Of a stretch of DNA of 64,000 nucleotides, positions 1 through 9,227 are shown one piece after another. The translations under genes and the position numbers were made by a program. Positions within the stretch are counted from its first letter, which is position 1. Each line of letters opens with the position of its first letter. The stretch spans positions 256,001 to 320,000 of the forward strand of contig CAWKDB010000010.1 of the NCBI GenBank assembly GCA_963848295.1, written 5' to 3'. The notes beneath the pieces are model-generated. The model was not told the DNA's origin. It ran no database searches and worked only from the letters and a program-made list of their open reading frames with translations. The stretch comes from an uncultured delta proteobacterium (GTDB lineage Bacteria; Myxococcota_A; Polyangia; Haliangiales; Haliangiaceae).

Positions 1-15
1 GTTACGATACCGGCT

Positions 16-981
16 ATGGGCGTGCGCGTGCTCCTCCTGATTGCCCTGATCCTCCCTCGGCTTGCGCATGCCGAGGTCGGGGTGGACATCGTGGTCGCCG
101 GCCAGGACTCGGTGATCACCGATGCGACACGCGCCGCGGTCGCCTCTTGGCTCACGACGCGCGGGTTCAGGGTCACCAAGTCGCTCCCTGCATCGGGCGC
201 GACGACGCTGAGCGACTGCCTGCTCGTGCCCGACATGAAGTGCGCGCGTGGCGTGGTCGAGGCGCGCGGTATGGGCAGCGCGGTGCTCGCGGTCCTGACG
301 CAGGCGTACGGTAACGGCGCGCGCCGCTCGATCCAGCTTTCGGTGTACTGGATCAGCAAAGGCACCGACGTCGTCTCGGTCCAGAAGATGTGTGACAGCT
401 GCAGCGACCAAGCCCTGCCGATCACGGTCAGCGCGCTGATGGCGGATATCTCGAAGCTCGTGCCGGCGACGCGCGGCCGGATCAAGATCACGACGTCGCC
501 GAGCGGCGTGCTCGCGCTCGTCGATGGGGCGCCGATCGGCACCACGCCGGTCGACCACGAAGTCGCCGCAGGTGTGCACGAGATCGCGATGACCCGTAAC
601 GGCGAAACGATCGCGACCAGCCACGTCGCGGTCGCACCGGGCGCGACCGCCGAGGTCGACATCCCGCTGCCGGCGCTCCCGGTCGTCGCCGGGCCGAGGC
701 TCGAACCGATCGCGCATCACTCGAAGGCGTTGCCCGCGACCGTGCTCGTCCTCGGCGGCGCCGCGATCGCGACCGGGCTCGTGTTCTACAAGATCGGCGG
801 CCCGACCGGCGACAGCTTCTACTACACAAATCTGCGAACCCCCGGCATCGGCATCGCCGCGGGCGGCGGTGCGCTCGCGATCATCGGCGCGATCTGGCTC
901 GCGAAGAGCGGCCATTCCGGCGGCCCGACCGTGAGTGTGTCTCCAGGTAGCGCAATTGCCGGTTGGACAAGGAGCTTCTAA
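16..981 (+). CDS. PEGA domain-containing secreted/membrane protein
   Basis: Signal peptide (..LAHA|E), PEGA-like segment IKITTSPSGVLALVDGAPIGTTP..GVHEIAMTRNG, two C-terminal hydrophobic helices; TAATG overlap with the next gene. Confidence 0.75.
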   Translation: MGVRVLLLIALILPRLAHAEVGVDIVVAGQDSVITDATRAAVASWLTTRGFRVTKSLPASGATTLSDCLLVPDMKCARGVVEARGMGSAVLAVLTQAYGNGARRSIQLSVYWISKGTDVVSVQKMCDSCSDQALPITVSALMADISKLVPATRGRIKITTSPSGVLALVDGAPIGTTPVDHEVAAGVHEIAMTRNGETIATSHVAVAPGATAEVDIPLPALPVVAGPRLEPIAHHSKALPATVLVLGGAAIATGLVFYKIGGPTGDSFYYTNLRTPGIGIAAGGGALAIIGAIWLAKSGHSGGPTVSVSPGSAIAGWTRSF

Positions 982-2501
982 TGCGAGCATCGACCGCCAT
1001 CGCATGTGCGCTCGTCGTTGCCGTCACGGGATGTCGGAAGCAAGATCCGCTGTTCTGCGCGAACCACGAGGATCCGCGGTGCGGCAATATCGACGGCGGC
1101 GTCGATGCCGCGCCGGACGCCCCGCCCGGCTACGTCACGATCGGCGGCACGGTCGATAACCTCGCCGGCATGGGACTCGTGCTCCAGGACAACGCCGGGG
1201 ATGATCTCGCGGTCACCGCTGATGGGTCGTTCCAGTTCCAGACGCCGATCCAGATCGGCCAGCCCTATGCGGTGACCGTGAGCTCGCAGCCCACGGAAGT
1301 GACTCAAGTGTGCACTGTCGACCAGGACGGGAGCCAGTCCGGTACGGCGATGACCAACGTCACCAGCGCTCACGTGAACTGCGTGACCCAGGCGTTTGCG
1401 GTTTCCGGCACGGTGTTCGGCATGACGCTGCCGAACTCGATCAGCCTCCTGCTCAACGGCGGCGATTCGCAGACCTTGACCGACAACGTCGAATTTACGT
1501 TTCAGAATCCTAAAGTTGATAGCGGACAGACCTTCGGCGTTTCGATCCAGACGGAGCCATCCGGAAATAACTGCACGCTCAGCCCGATCATGGGCTCGAT
1601 CGCCGGCGCTGACTTCACCGACGTAGTCGTCAATTGCGCGGTCGGCTACTACACGATCAGCGGCTCGATCTCCGGGCTCAACGGCATCGTGATGTTGTCA
1701 GATGGAACGAACACCATCCAGGTTTCGGGAGCCGGGGCAACCACTCCGTTTGCGTTCCCGCCGGTCATGGCGGGCACCTACACGATCAGCGTCAGCGGCA
1801 ACCCGTCGACGCCGATCGCCCAGACCTGCACGGTGACCGCTCCGACCATGGTCACGGTAACGAACAGCGACGTCAACAGTGTCGCGGTGACGTGCACGAC
1901 CAACACGTACACGATCGGCGGCACGATCTACGAGCTCAGCGGGACGGTCGTGCTCCAGGACAACGGCGCCGACGACTACTCGACCAACACGAATGGCGCG
2001 TTCACGTTCGCGACACCGCTTGCAAGCGACACGACTTACACCGTGACGGTGAAGACGCAGCCGGCCACTCAGACCTGCGTGCTGAACAACTACAACGGCA
2101 CGGTGACGAACGCCCCGGTCACCGACGTCGACGTCGTCTGTGACTCTGGCCTCAAGTGCGGCGGAGGGGTCTGCTCCATCAACGGCACCGACAACCTGTG
2201 TTGTGGCGCGGGTACCGGCGGCGCGACGTGCGACAAGGCCAGCGACAACTGCATGAGCAACACCGAGATCTCGTGCGCTGACGCGGCGGACTGCGCCGTG
2301 GCCAACAAGGCCAACACCGTGTGCTGCGCGAGCGTCCACACCGGCGGCTCGAGCTACGTCACCTCGACGACCTGCTCGGCGACGTGCTCGGCCGGGCAGG
2401 CCGTACTCTGCGATCACAACCTGCCCAACGCCGATGTGTGCCCGACCGGAACGACGTGCAAGACGTACAGCCTGCTCAGCGGCTACTACGCATGCCAGTG
2501 A
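981..2501 (+). CDS. Lipoprotein with about four beta-rich repeats and a Cys-rich C-terminus
   Basis: Lipobox VTGC; repeats of Y(x)IGGT..L.G..VLQ(D/N)N..DD; Cys-rich tail; ATG at 981 overlaps the upstream TAA. Confidence 0.7.
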   Translation: MRASTAIACALVVAVTGCRKQDPLFCANHEDPRCGNIDGGVDAAPDAPPGYVTIGGTVDNLAGMGLVLQDNAGDDLAVTADGSFQFQTPIQIGQPYAVTVSSQPTEVTQVCTVDQDGSQSGTAMTNVTSAHVNCVTQAFAVSGTVFGMTLPNSISLLLNGGDSQTLTDNVEFTFQNPKVDSGQTFGVSIQTEPSGNNCTLSPIMGSIAGADFTDVVVNCAVGYYTISGSISGLNGIVMLSDGTNTIQVSGAGATTPFAFPPVMAGTYTISVSGNPSTPIAQTCTVTAPTMVTVTNSDVNSVAVTCTTNTYTIGGTIYELSGTVVLQDNGADDYSTNTNGAFTFATPLASDTTYTVTVKTQPATQTCVLNNYNGTVTNAPVTDVDVVCDSGLKCGGGVCSINGTDNLCCGAGTGGATCDKASDNCMSNTEISCADAADCAVANKANTVCCASVHTGGSSYVTSTTCSATCSAGQAVLCDHNLPNADVCPTGTTCKTYSLLSGYYACQ

Positions 2502-2511
2502 GCCGGTCGTG

Positions 2512-2697
2512 CTACTGCGGGTTCTTGCGCGGGCGACCGCGGCGGCGCGGCTGATCGCTTTGACCGAAGTCGAGCTCCTCGGCGAAGTGCTCTTGCACCA
2601 GATCATCGACCGAGGTGTTCACCGCTTCTAGGCGGCGAAGCTCCTCGCGCTCGAACTCTGCAAACGACGTGTAAACCCTTGGAAGTCCTGACGACAT
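2512..2697 (-). CDS. Small 61-aa acidic protein with a C-terminal AT-hook motif
   Basis: AAGGAG Shine-Dalgarno before ATG at 2697; sequence ends PRRRGRPRKNPQ. Confidence 0.65.
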   Translation of the reverse strand: MSSGLPRVYTSFAEFEREELRRLEAVNTSVDDLVQEHFAEELDFGQSDQPRRRGRPRKNPQ

Positions 2698-2809
2698 CGG
2701 TGCTCCTTTGAGGACATGCCCACATGTCCTACATCTGCACACAAAGTACGCGACTCGGCCGTTCGAGGCCAAATTTTTGTTTCGTCATAGCTGCGTGTTA
2801 CCGGTCCTC

Positions 2810-3598
2810 ATGCCCCGTATCGTCGCTGTCGCGAATCAAAAGGGTGGCGTCGGCAAGACGACGACCGCGATCAACCTCGCTGCATCGATCGCGTCGCGGG
2901 GCTTCCAGACGCTGCTGCTCGACTTCGATCCGCAAGGCAATGCGTCGTCGGGCGTCGGCTATCCGCGCAGCAAGGTCGAGCGCACGATCTACGATGCGCT
3001 CGTCGGCTCGGTCTCGCTCGCCGACGTCATCTTGCCGACCGAGATCGCGACGTTGTTCGTCGCACCGGCGACGCCGGATCTGGTCGGCGCCGAGATCGAG
3101 CTGATCTCCGCCGATCGCCGCGAGCGGTTCCTCGCCGACGTCATCGCGACCGTCGCGGCGCGCTACGACTACATCATCATCGACTGCCCGCCGTCGCTGG
3201 GCCTGTTGACGTTGAACGCACTGGTCGCCGCCGACGGCGTGGTCGTCCCGATGCAAGCCGAGTACTTCGCGCTCGAGGGGCTGTCGGCGCTGACCGCGAC
3301 GATCCACAAGGTCAAAGCCGCCTACAACCCGCGGCTCGAGATCGACGGCGTGTTGTTCACGATGTTCGACGGCCGGATGAACGTGGCGAACCAGGTGCGC
3401 GACGAGGTCGCGAAGTTCTTCGGCGACAAAGTGCTCGGCACCGCGATCCCTCGCAACGTGCGGCTGTCCGAGGCGCCGAGCCACGGCAAACCGGTGATGC
3501 TCTACGACCTGCGCTGCCCGGGCACGAAGAGCTATCTCGCGGTCGCCGACGAGTTCCTCGCCCGCACGAAGGCGATCGCGATCGAGGCCCACCCGTGA
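2810..3598 (+). CDS. parA: ParA/Soj chromosome partitioning ATPase
   Basis: VANQKGGVGKTT deviant Walker A, DFDPQGN, IIDCPPSLG, IPRNVRLSEAPSHG. Confidence 0.95.
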   Translation: MPRIVAVANQKGGVGKTTTAINLAASIASRGFQTLLLDFDPQGNASSGVGYPRSKVERTIYDALVGSVSLADVILPTEIATLFVAPATPDLVGAEIELISADRRERFLADVIATVAARYDYIIIDCPPSLGLLTLNALVAADGVVVPMQAEYFALEGLSALTATIHKVKAAYNPRLEIDGVLFTMFDGRMNVANQVRDEVAKFFGDKVLGTAIPRNVRLSEAPSHGKPVMLYDLRCPGTKSYLAVADEFLARTKAIAIEAHP

Positions 3599-4476
3599 TG
3601 ACCGATCCGCGCGAGCTGAAGAAACGTGGCCTGGGCCGCGGACTGTCCGCGCTGCTGCCCGATGCCTCGCCGCCGCCGGTCGTCGAGCGCTCGAAGGTCT
3701 ACTTCACCGCCGGGATCGAGGAGCTGTATCCGAGCCCCGAGCAGCCGCGGCGCCGGTTCGACGAAGCGCAGCTCGTCGAGCTCGCGGGCTCGATCGCCAA
3801 GCACGGCGTCATCGCGCCGCTCGTCGTTCGGCCGCGGACCGGCGGCGGCTACTTCCTGATCGCGGGCGAACGGCGGTGGCGAGCCGCACAACGCGCCGGG
3901 CTGCACGCGGTGCCGGTCGTCGTGCAGGACATCGAGCCCCAGGCCGCGTTCGAGCGCGCGCTCGTCGACAATCTGCAACGAGCCGACCTGTCGCCGCTCG
4001 AAGAAGCCGCCGCGTACCAACGGCTCGCCGACGAGTTTGCGCTGACCCAGGACCAGATCGCGGAGCGCGTCGGCAAGGACCGCAGCACGGTCGCAAACAC
4101 GATCCGCCTGCTGAAGCTACCGCCGACCGTGCGCCAGCTGGTCGACGACGGCCGGCTGCAGATGGGCCACGCGCGCGCCCTGCTCGGGTTGGACGAAGCC
4201 GCCGCCATCGAGCGGGCCGCGCGCACGGTCGTCGACAAGGCGCTCTCGGTCCGCGCGACCGAGGCGTTAGTCAAGAAGGCCAGAGCTCCCGTGCCGAGGT
4301 CCCAACCGCGGCCCACGGCCAAGCCGGCCTCGGTCCGCGACCTCGAAGAACGGCTCACCCGCTCCCTGGGCGGTCCTGTCACGATCACCGAGGACGAGCC
4401 CGGCAAGGCAGGCCGGCTCGAGATCCGCTACCTCGATCTCGATCACCTCGAGCGCCTGCTCGACCGCCTGCTGTAA
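3595..4476 (+). CDS. parB: ParB/Spo0J partitioning protein
   Basis: GLGRGLSALL N-terminus, LIAGERRWRAA CTPase box, HTH QIAERVGKDRSTVANTIRLL. Confidence 0.95.
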   Translation: MMTDPRELKKRGLGRGLSALLPDASPPPVVERSKVYFTAGIEELYPSPEQPRRRFDEAQLVELAGSIAKHGVIAPLVVRPRTGGGYFLIAGERRWRAAQRAGLHAVPVVVQDIEPQAAFERALVDNLQRADLSPLEEAAAYQRLADEFALTQDQIAERVGKDRSTVANTIRLLKLPPTVRQLVDDGRLQMGHARALLGLDEAAAIERAARTVVDKALSVRATEALVKKARAPVPRSQPRPTAKPASVRDLEERLTRSLGGPVTITEDEPGKAGRLEIRYLDLDHLERLLDRLL

Positions 4477-4529
4477 TTGAGCGCCAACCGCCCGGTCGCA
4501 GGTGCGCCGTGCGATACTGCGAGGTGGTT

Positions 4530-5246
4530 GTGAGCGATCGCGAGCACCCGCGCATGCCGTACGCCGTGCAGGTCGAGTTCCGAACGCCCTCGTCGTTCCT
4601 CGTCGCCTATTCGGTGAACCTTTCGCGTGGTGGCTTGTTCCTCGAGACCGAGGTCGACATGCCGACCGGTGCGGCGACCACGCTCGACTTCATCGTCCCG
4701 GGCATCGGCACGCATTCGCTCAACGGCATCGTCGCTTGGCGGCGCGGTCCCGAGAGTGGCGAAGGTCCGCCCGGCTTGGGCATCGAGTTCCAGGACGTCG
4801 CGCCCACGCTCGGCGCGGTCATCGACCAGCTCGCGACCAGCTTCCGCGGTGTCCATATCCTGCTGCTGTCCGGCGATCGCCACGATCGGACGAGCCTCGC
4901 GCGCAGCATCAAGTCGATCATCTCGACCGCCGAGATCACGCAAGCTGCGGATGCCTCGGTCGCGACCAGCGTGCTGTCCGGCGAGATCGACGTCGCGATC
5001 GTCGACGTCGACTTCGACCTCGAAGGCGGCCTCGCGACGATTCGCGCCGCGAAGGCGCTGCAGCCGCCGGTGCCGGCGATCGCGATCACCGCGAACGCGA
5101 GCTATCGCGAGCAAGCGGTCGCCGCCGGCGCGGACGAGCTGCTCGTCAGCAACCCGCCCGCATTCGCCGATCTCCAGGTGGTCGTCGTGCGCGCGCTCGG
5201 CAAGCCGGTCTCGGTCACCACGACCGCGACCGACATCGAGACCTAG
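4530..5246 (+). CDS. TIGR02266-type PilZ domain fused to an atypical receiver domain
   Basis: REHPR...NLSRGGLF PilZ motifs, GLGIEF; C-terminal REC-like fold (IVDVD, AITA, AGADE) lacking the conserved Lys. Confidence 0.75.
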   Translation: MSDREHPRMPYAVQVEFRTPSSFLVAYSVNLSRGGLFLETEVDMPTGAATTLDFIVPGIGTHSLNGIVAWRRGPESGEGPPGLGIEFQDVAPTLGAVIDQLATSFRGVHILLLSGDRHDRTSLARSIKSIISTAEITQAADASVATSVLSGEIDVAIVDVDFDLEGGLATIRAAKALQPPVPAIAITANASYREQAVAAGADELLVSNPPAFADLQVVVVRALGKPVSVTTTATDIET

Positions 5247-5265
5247 CCGCAGTGCCGTTCAGATA

Positions 5266-5495
5266 ACGTTGACCTTGACCTGAACCTGAACCTGAACTTG
5301 AACGGCACCTTAGACGTTGTCGTTGACACCGCAACTCCAGAGTTGTGTGGGCCGATAGCCTGGCCATGCTCAGCTTCCAGAAGCTACGTGGGTATCAACG
5401 CTCGATCGAGTTCCTCGCATTGGCATTGCAGATCATCGGCGAGCTTCCGAAGGGGCATGCCGACGTCAAGGTCCAAGGTGGCGTTCAGGTTGAGG
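5266..5495. repeat. Periodic hexamer-repeat arms forming an imperfect inverted repeat
   Basis: Left arm 5266-5327 GTTGAC CTTGAC CTGAAC CTGAAC CTGAAC TTGAAC GGCACC TTAGAC..; reverse complement of right arm 5465-5495 is CCTCAACCTGAACGCCACCTTGGACCTTGAC versus left CCTGAACTTGAACGGCACCTTAGACGTTGTC. Confidence 0.75.
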
Positions 5496-5509
5496 CTCAT
5501 GTCTCATGA
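5366..5509 (+). pseudogene. Truncated four-helix-bundle protein (TIGR02436 / 23S-IVP / bAvd-like), N-terminal fragment
   Basis: Not in the ORF track. Translates MLSFQKLRGYQRSIEFLALALQIIGELPKGHAD-VKVQGGVQVEAHVS*. The first ~33 aa match the family N-terminus as I recall it, then the frame runs into the repeat arm. Confidence 0.65.
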
Positions 5510-5550
5510 TTCGTCACAACTCTAGCTAGACGCCCATTGCGTGGCGATGT

Positions 5551-6285
5551 CTATCTCGTGGGTCGCCCGGAAGGCACCGCGAACACGCTGACCGGGCCGC
5601 CGCGGAGGTAACCGACAGCGAGCATCCAGGTAAGCGGCGCGGCGATCGCGACGCGTTCGTAGCCTCTTGGATAGATGCTGGTGCGCCAGCGCGGCGTGGA
5701 CCAGCCGTAGAACTGGGCGCCGCTCGAGAACGGATCGATACGGCCGCGGTAGAGCCCGGCAGTATTGCGGTGCTCGCCGTGCTTGCGCCAGTTGTTGAGC
5801 ACGTAACTGATCGCGTGACTCGCTTGCGTCGGCGTGGCGAGGATCTCGACGTGGTAGCGGTCGGCGAACACGGCGCCGCGCCGGCGCAACTCGTGGTTGA
5901 GCTGCTTGGCCGCCGAGATCTTGAAGCTCTGCATGCCGCGAGCGAGCGAGCGCTTGTCATCGGCCTCGCAGATCAGGTGAAGGTGGTTGCGCTGCACGCT
6001 GAAGTGGCAGATCCGCAGCCCGAGCTGATTGAACGCCGAGACCTGTAGTGCCTTACGGATCGCGCGATACGCCTTGTCGGTGCGCAGCGCGGCGACGGCG
6101 GCGACAACGCGCAAGGTGATGTGGAGGGGCTTGTTCGGATCGAGGTCAGCGCGCCTCGCGTGCGTGACGCCGGCGCGCAGCCCTTTCGGTTTGCGCCCTG
6201 CACGCGGGCGCTTGCCGCCGCGATGCTGCCCGTTCTTGTCAGGGCGTGGAAGTTCAATCTGGCGATTGCGCGACGATGACCTCAC
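5551..6285 (-). mobile_element. REP-associated tyrosine transposase (RAYT, IS200-like Y1 HUH)
   Basis: PLHITLRV, HFSVQRNHLHLICEA (HUH), RRGAVFADRYH, catalytic Tyr region SYVLNNWRKH. Confidence 0.85.
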
Positions 6286-6292
6286 CGACGAA

Positions 6293-6321
6293 AATATGAC
6301 ATACGTCGAGGATCATGTCAA
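6293..6321 (-). promoter_or_regulatory. Sigma-70 promoter of the RAYT gene with an overlapping inverted repeat
   Basis: Minus strand TTGACA-17 nt-CATATT, 7 nt before GTG at 6285; TGACAT(6297-6302)-N12-ATGTCA(6315-6320). Confidence 0.65.
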
Positions 6322-6369
6322 TTGATTCAGCATATATTCGCAATGATGTGGATCTGTGGATCGGGCCTG

Positions 6370-7745
6370 GGTCACACACAGTCAGGACGCGCGATGCGGG
6401 CTGTCGATACCGAGCGGCACGATGTGCCTTGCGCGATAGCGACGCGCGAAGAAGGACCAGAAGCCGTCGAAGCGATCGCTTTCGTGAATCGCGCGGAGGT
6501 GCAGCGCAGCTGTGAGGCCGCGCTGTGACCAGCGCTGTCCGCTTCGCTTGGCGCGGACGTTGACGACTGACTTGCAGGCGCCTTCGGTGACGCCGCTCCC
6601 GATCGGAATGTCGCGTGCTCGATAGTCGCAGTAGTTCATGCGGTGCTTGTTGTGCTCGATGTAGCCGAGGTGGACCGCGAGTTGCTCCGCGTCGTTGGCG
6701 ATCGCGTCGCGAGCTTGATGGCGCAGGGAGCGAATCACGCGGTTCACGCCGTGCTTCTTCTCCAGAAGCGCGGTGCGCCAGCAAGCTCGCCGGGCTTCCC
6801 GCTCATCGGCCACGACGCCGGCATCGAGACACTTCGTGAGTCGCTCGTCGAGGTGGTACCAGTCGAGCACCTCGGTCCAGCGAGGCACGAGCGCCTCATT
6901 GCGCAGAGCGTTCTTGATCGCGGTCCACAGCTCGGGCGCGCCATCTTGAATCACCGCGACTTCGACGGCCACGGTGCCCACGTAGTCCATCCGCCATTGT
7001 ACGGGGCCGCGCAGCGCGACACGCGGCTTGGGCCTGGGTCGACTGCGCCGCAAATCGGGCACGTATGCGCAGAGTCCCTCGAGCTCTTCGCCGTGTCGCA
7101 TCGGTACCGCCACCCGATCGAGACCGATGGCAATTAGTCGCGTCCCGGCTGGAAGCGGCTCGTTCGCTCGCAGCTGCGGCTCGATCTCGGCGTTGCCTGC
7201 GACGTCTTCGCGCCGGTCGCGAGCCGCGGCGCAAAGCTGTCCGCGATCGATTGCAGCTTCTTCTCGAGCTTGCGCCGCGCGATCTCGTGCACGACGCGGA
7301 GCACCCTGCGCTCGTACGCCTCGAAGGTCTCGCCCTCCTCGCTGGACATTTCTCCAGCGCGTGTTCGCACTCTTTGATCAGCGCTTCGTCCTCAAGATCG
7401 AAGTCCTTTGTCGTCGGCGTGGATGGTGTCGGTGGCGCGGGCGTTCGCGGCTTGGATCCCATCGATCCATTCCACGACCCGATCGCACGCCGCGCTAGAT
7501 CCCTCCACGACTTTTGACTGGCCGTGCCGCTCGTGCCGTCGACCGAGGCCCTCGCTATCGATCGTCCGCGGCTGACCTAGCTCGCTTGGACGGCTGCGCC
7601 GCGATCGATCGTGATGAGCGCGAGGCGATCGAGCTGGCGGCGCACCCGTCCACATCGCCGCACAGGCCCTGCTACCGAGCTTCTTCAAATCGATTCATGG
7701 AACCAACCATCGTGGCGTCAGGGGCTGTTCGGATTGTGAGCGACC
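6370..7745 (-). mobile_element. Degenerate ISKra4-family insertion sequence (transposase pseudogene about 6382-7462)
   Basis: IAIGLDRVAVPM, IQDGAPELW, VLDWYH, PIGSGVTEGACKSVVNVRAKRSGQRW; N-terminal pieces lie in other frames; candidate 19-bp IRs 6370-6388 and 7727-7745 (14/19 match). Confidence 0.75.
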
Positions 7746-7907
7746 GGGCGCAACGGGAACGGCAGGTGCGGCGGCTGCGTGAAGTCGGTCGCGCATCGCT
7801 TGCTGCGGTAAACGAGCGGCGTGATCCGGCTCATCTCGACCCGCGCGAGCATCATCGATAGCAGCACGAGCGCCGCGATGATCGCGGTGCCGACGATCGC
7901 CGTCACG

Positions 7908-8759
7908 TCAGCCCCGGCGGCGACGCGCCGCTTCGACCGTGTTCTCGAGCAGGCACGCGATCGTCATCGGGCCGACGCCGCCCGGCACCGGCGTGATCGC
8001 GCTCGCGCGTTCCGCGGCCGCTGCAAACTCGACATCGCCGATCAGGCGCTTGTCGGCGAGCCGGTTCATCCCGACGTCGATCACGATCGCGCCGGGCTTG
8101 ATCCACTCGCCGCGGACCAGCTCGGGCCGACCGATCGCGGCGACCACGAGGTCGGCGCGGCGCACTTCGTCGCCGAGGTCACGCGTGCGCGAGTGACACA
8201 TCGTGACCGTCGCGTCGGCGTTCTGGAGCAGCAACGCGACGGGCTTGCCAACGAGCAAGCTGCGGCCGAGCACGATCGCGCGCGCGCCGGCGACGGTCGC
8301 GCCCACCTCGGCGAGCAACCGCATGCAACCCTTCGGCGTGCACGGCACGACCAGCGGCTTGCCTTGCGCGAGCCGACCGAGGTTGCTCGGATGCAGACCG
8401 TCGACGTCCTTGGCCGGATCGAGCGAGCGAATCACCGCATCGGCGTCGAGCTGCGCCGGCAACGGCAACTGCACGAGGATGCCGTCGACCTCGGGATCGC
8501 GATTGAGACGATCGACGACCGCGAGCAGCTCGGCCTGGGTCGTGGTCGCCGGCAGCTTGTGATCGCGCGGCTCGACGCCGGCCTCGCGCGCCGCCTTCGT
8601 CTTGCTGCGCACGTAGACCGCGGAGGCCGGATCGTCGCCGACCAGCACGACCGCGAGCACCGGCGCGACCCCGCGAGCGCGCAGCTCGCTCGCCGCGACC
8701 GCGACCTCGGCGCGGAGCTTGGCGGCGACCGCCTTACCGTCGATCACCCGAGCGGTCAC
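7908..8759 (-). CDS. folD: Bifunctional methylenetetrahydrofolate dehydrogenase/cyclohydrolase
   Basis: [45 protein letters not shown]. Confidence 0.97.
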   Translation of the reverse strand: MTARVIDGKAVAAKLRAEVAVAASELRARGVAPVLAVVLVGDDPASAVYVRSKTKAAREAGVEPRDHKLPATTTQAELLAVVDRLNRDPEVDGILVQLPLPAQLDADAVIRSLDPAKDVDGLHPSNLGRLAQGKPLVVPCTPKGCMRLLAEVGATVAGARAIVLGRSLLVGKPVALLLQNADATVTMCHSRTRDLGDEVRRADLVVAAIGRPELVRGEWIKPGAIVIDVGMNRLADKRLIGDVEFAAAAERASAITPVPGGVGPMTIACLLENTVEAARRRRG

Positions 8760-9220
8760 GCCGCGCCGCCGCCACCACCCGAGTCGCCGCCACCGCTGGG
8801 CTTCGCGCTCTCCGACTGCGACGGCGTGACGAACCTGCCGCCGCCGGTCTCGGCGTTGCCGCTGCCGGGCTCACCTTCGGGCACGTTCGCGGCCGGGACG
8901 CCGAGCGGTCCGGTCTCGCCATGAACATTCTGCTTCGCCTTGCGCGCGGCCTCGCGCCCGGTCGGATCATCGGGCAGGCCCGCATTCGCGCGGATCGTCG
9001 ACATGTCGAGCAGCGGATCCTTCGCGGGCGCGTCCGGCTTCTTGGCGCCGTAGAGATCCTTGTACCAGCCGCTACCCTTGAGCTGGAACGCGGTGCGCGA
9101 GATCAGCCGCTCGAGCTCGCCCTTGCACGCCTCGCACTCGGTCTTCTCTGGATCGGCCATGCGCTGCTGGTACTCGAACACGCGATGACAGGCTTTGCAT
9201 TGATACTCGTAGACCGGCAT
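8756..9220 (-). CDS. FmdB-family zinc-ribbon regulatory protein
   Basis: [11 protein letters not shown]...CEAC...[13 protein letters not shown]. Confidence 0.9.
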   Translation of the reverse strand: MPVYEYQCKACHRVFEYQQRMADPEKTECEACKGELERLISRTAFQLKGSGWYKDLYGAKKPDAPAKDPLLDMSTIRANAGLPDDPTGREAARKAKQNVHGETGPLGVPAANVPEGEPGSGNAETGGGRFVTPSQSESAKPSGGGDSGGGGGAA

Positions 9221-9227
9221 AGAGCTC

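Noticed and set aside
2700..5300. parS sites near parAB
   Set aside because: No TGTT(T/C)CACGTG(A/G)AAC-like palindrome was seen by eye.
5366..5509. Diversity-generating retroelement (Avd-like gene) or 23S rRNA intervening sequence
   Set aside because: No reverse transcriptase, TR/VR pair or rRNA sequence is in the window.
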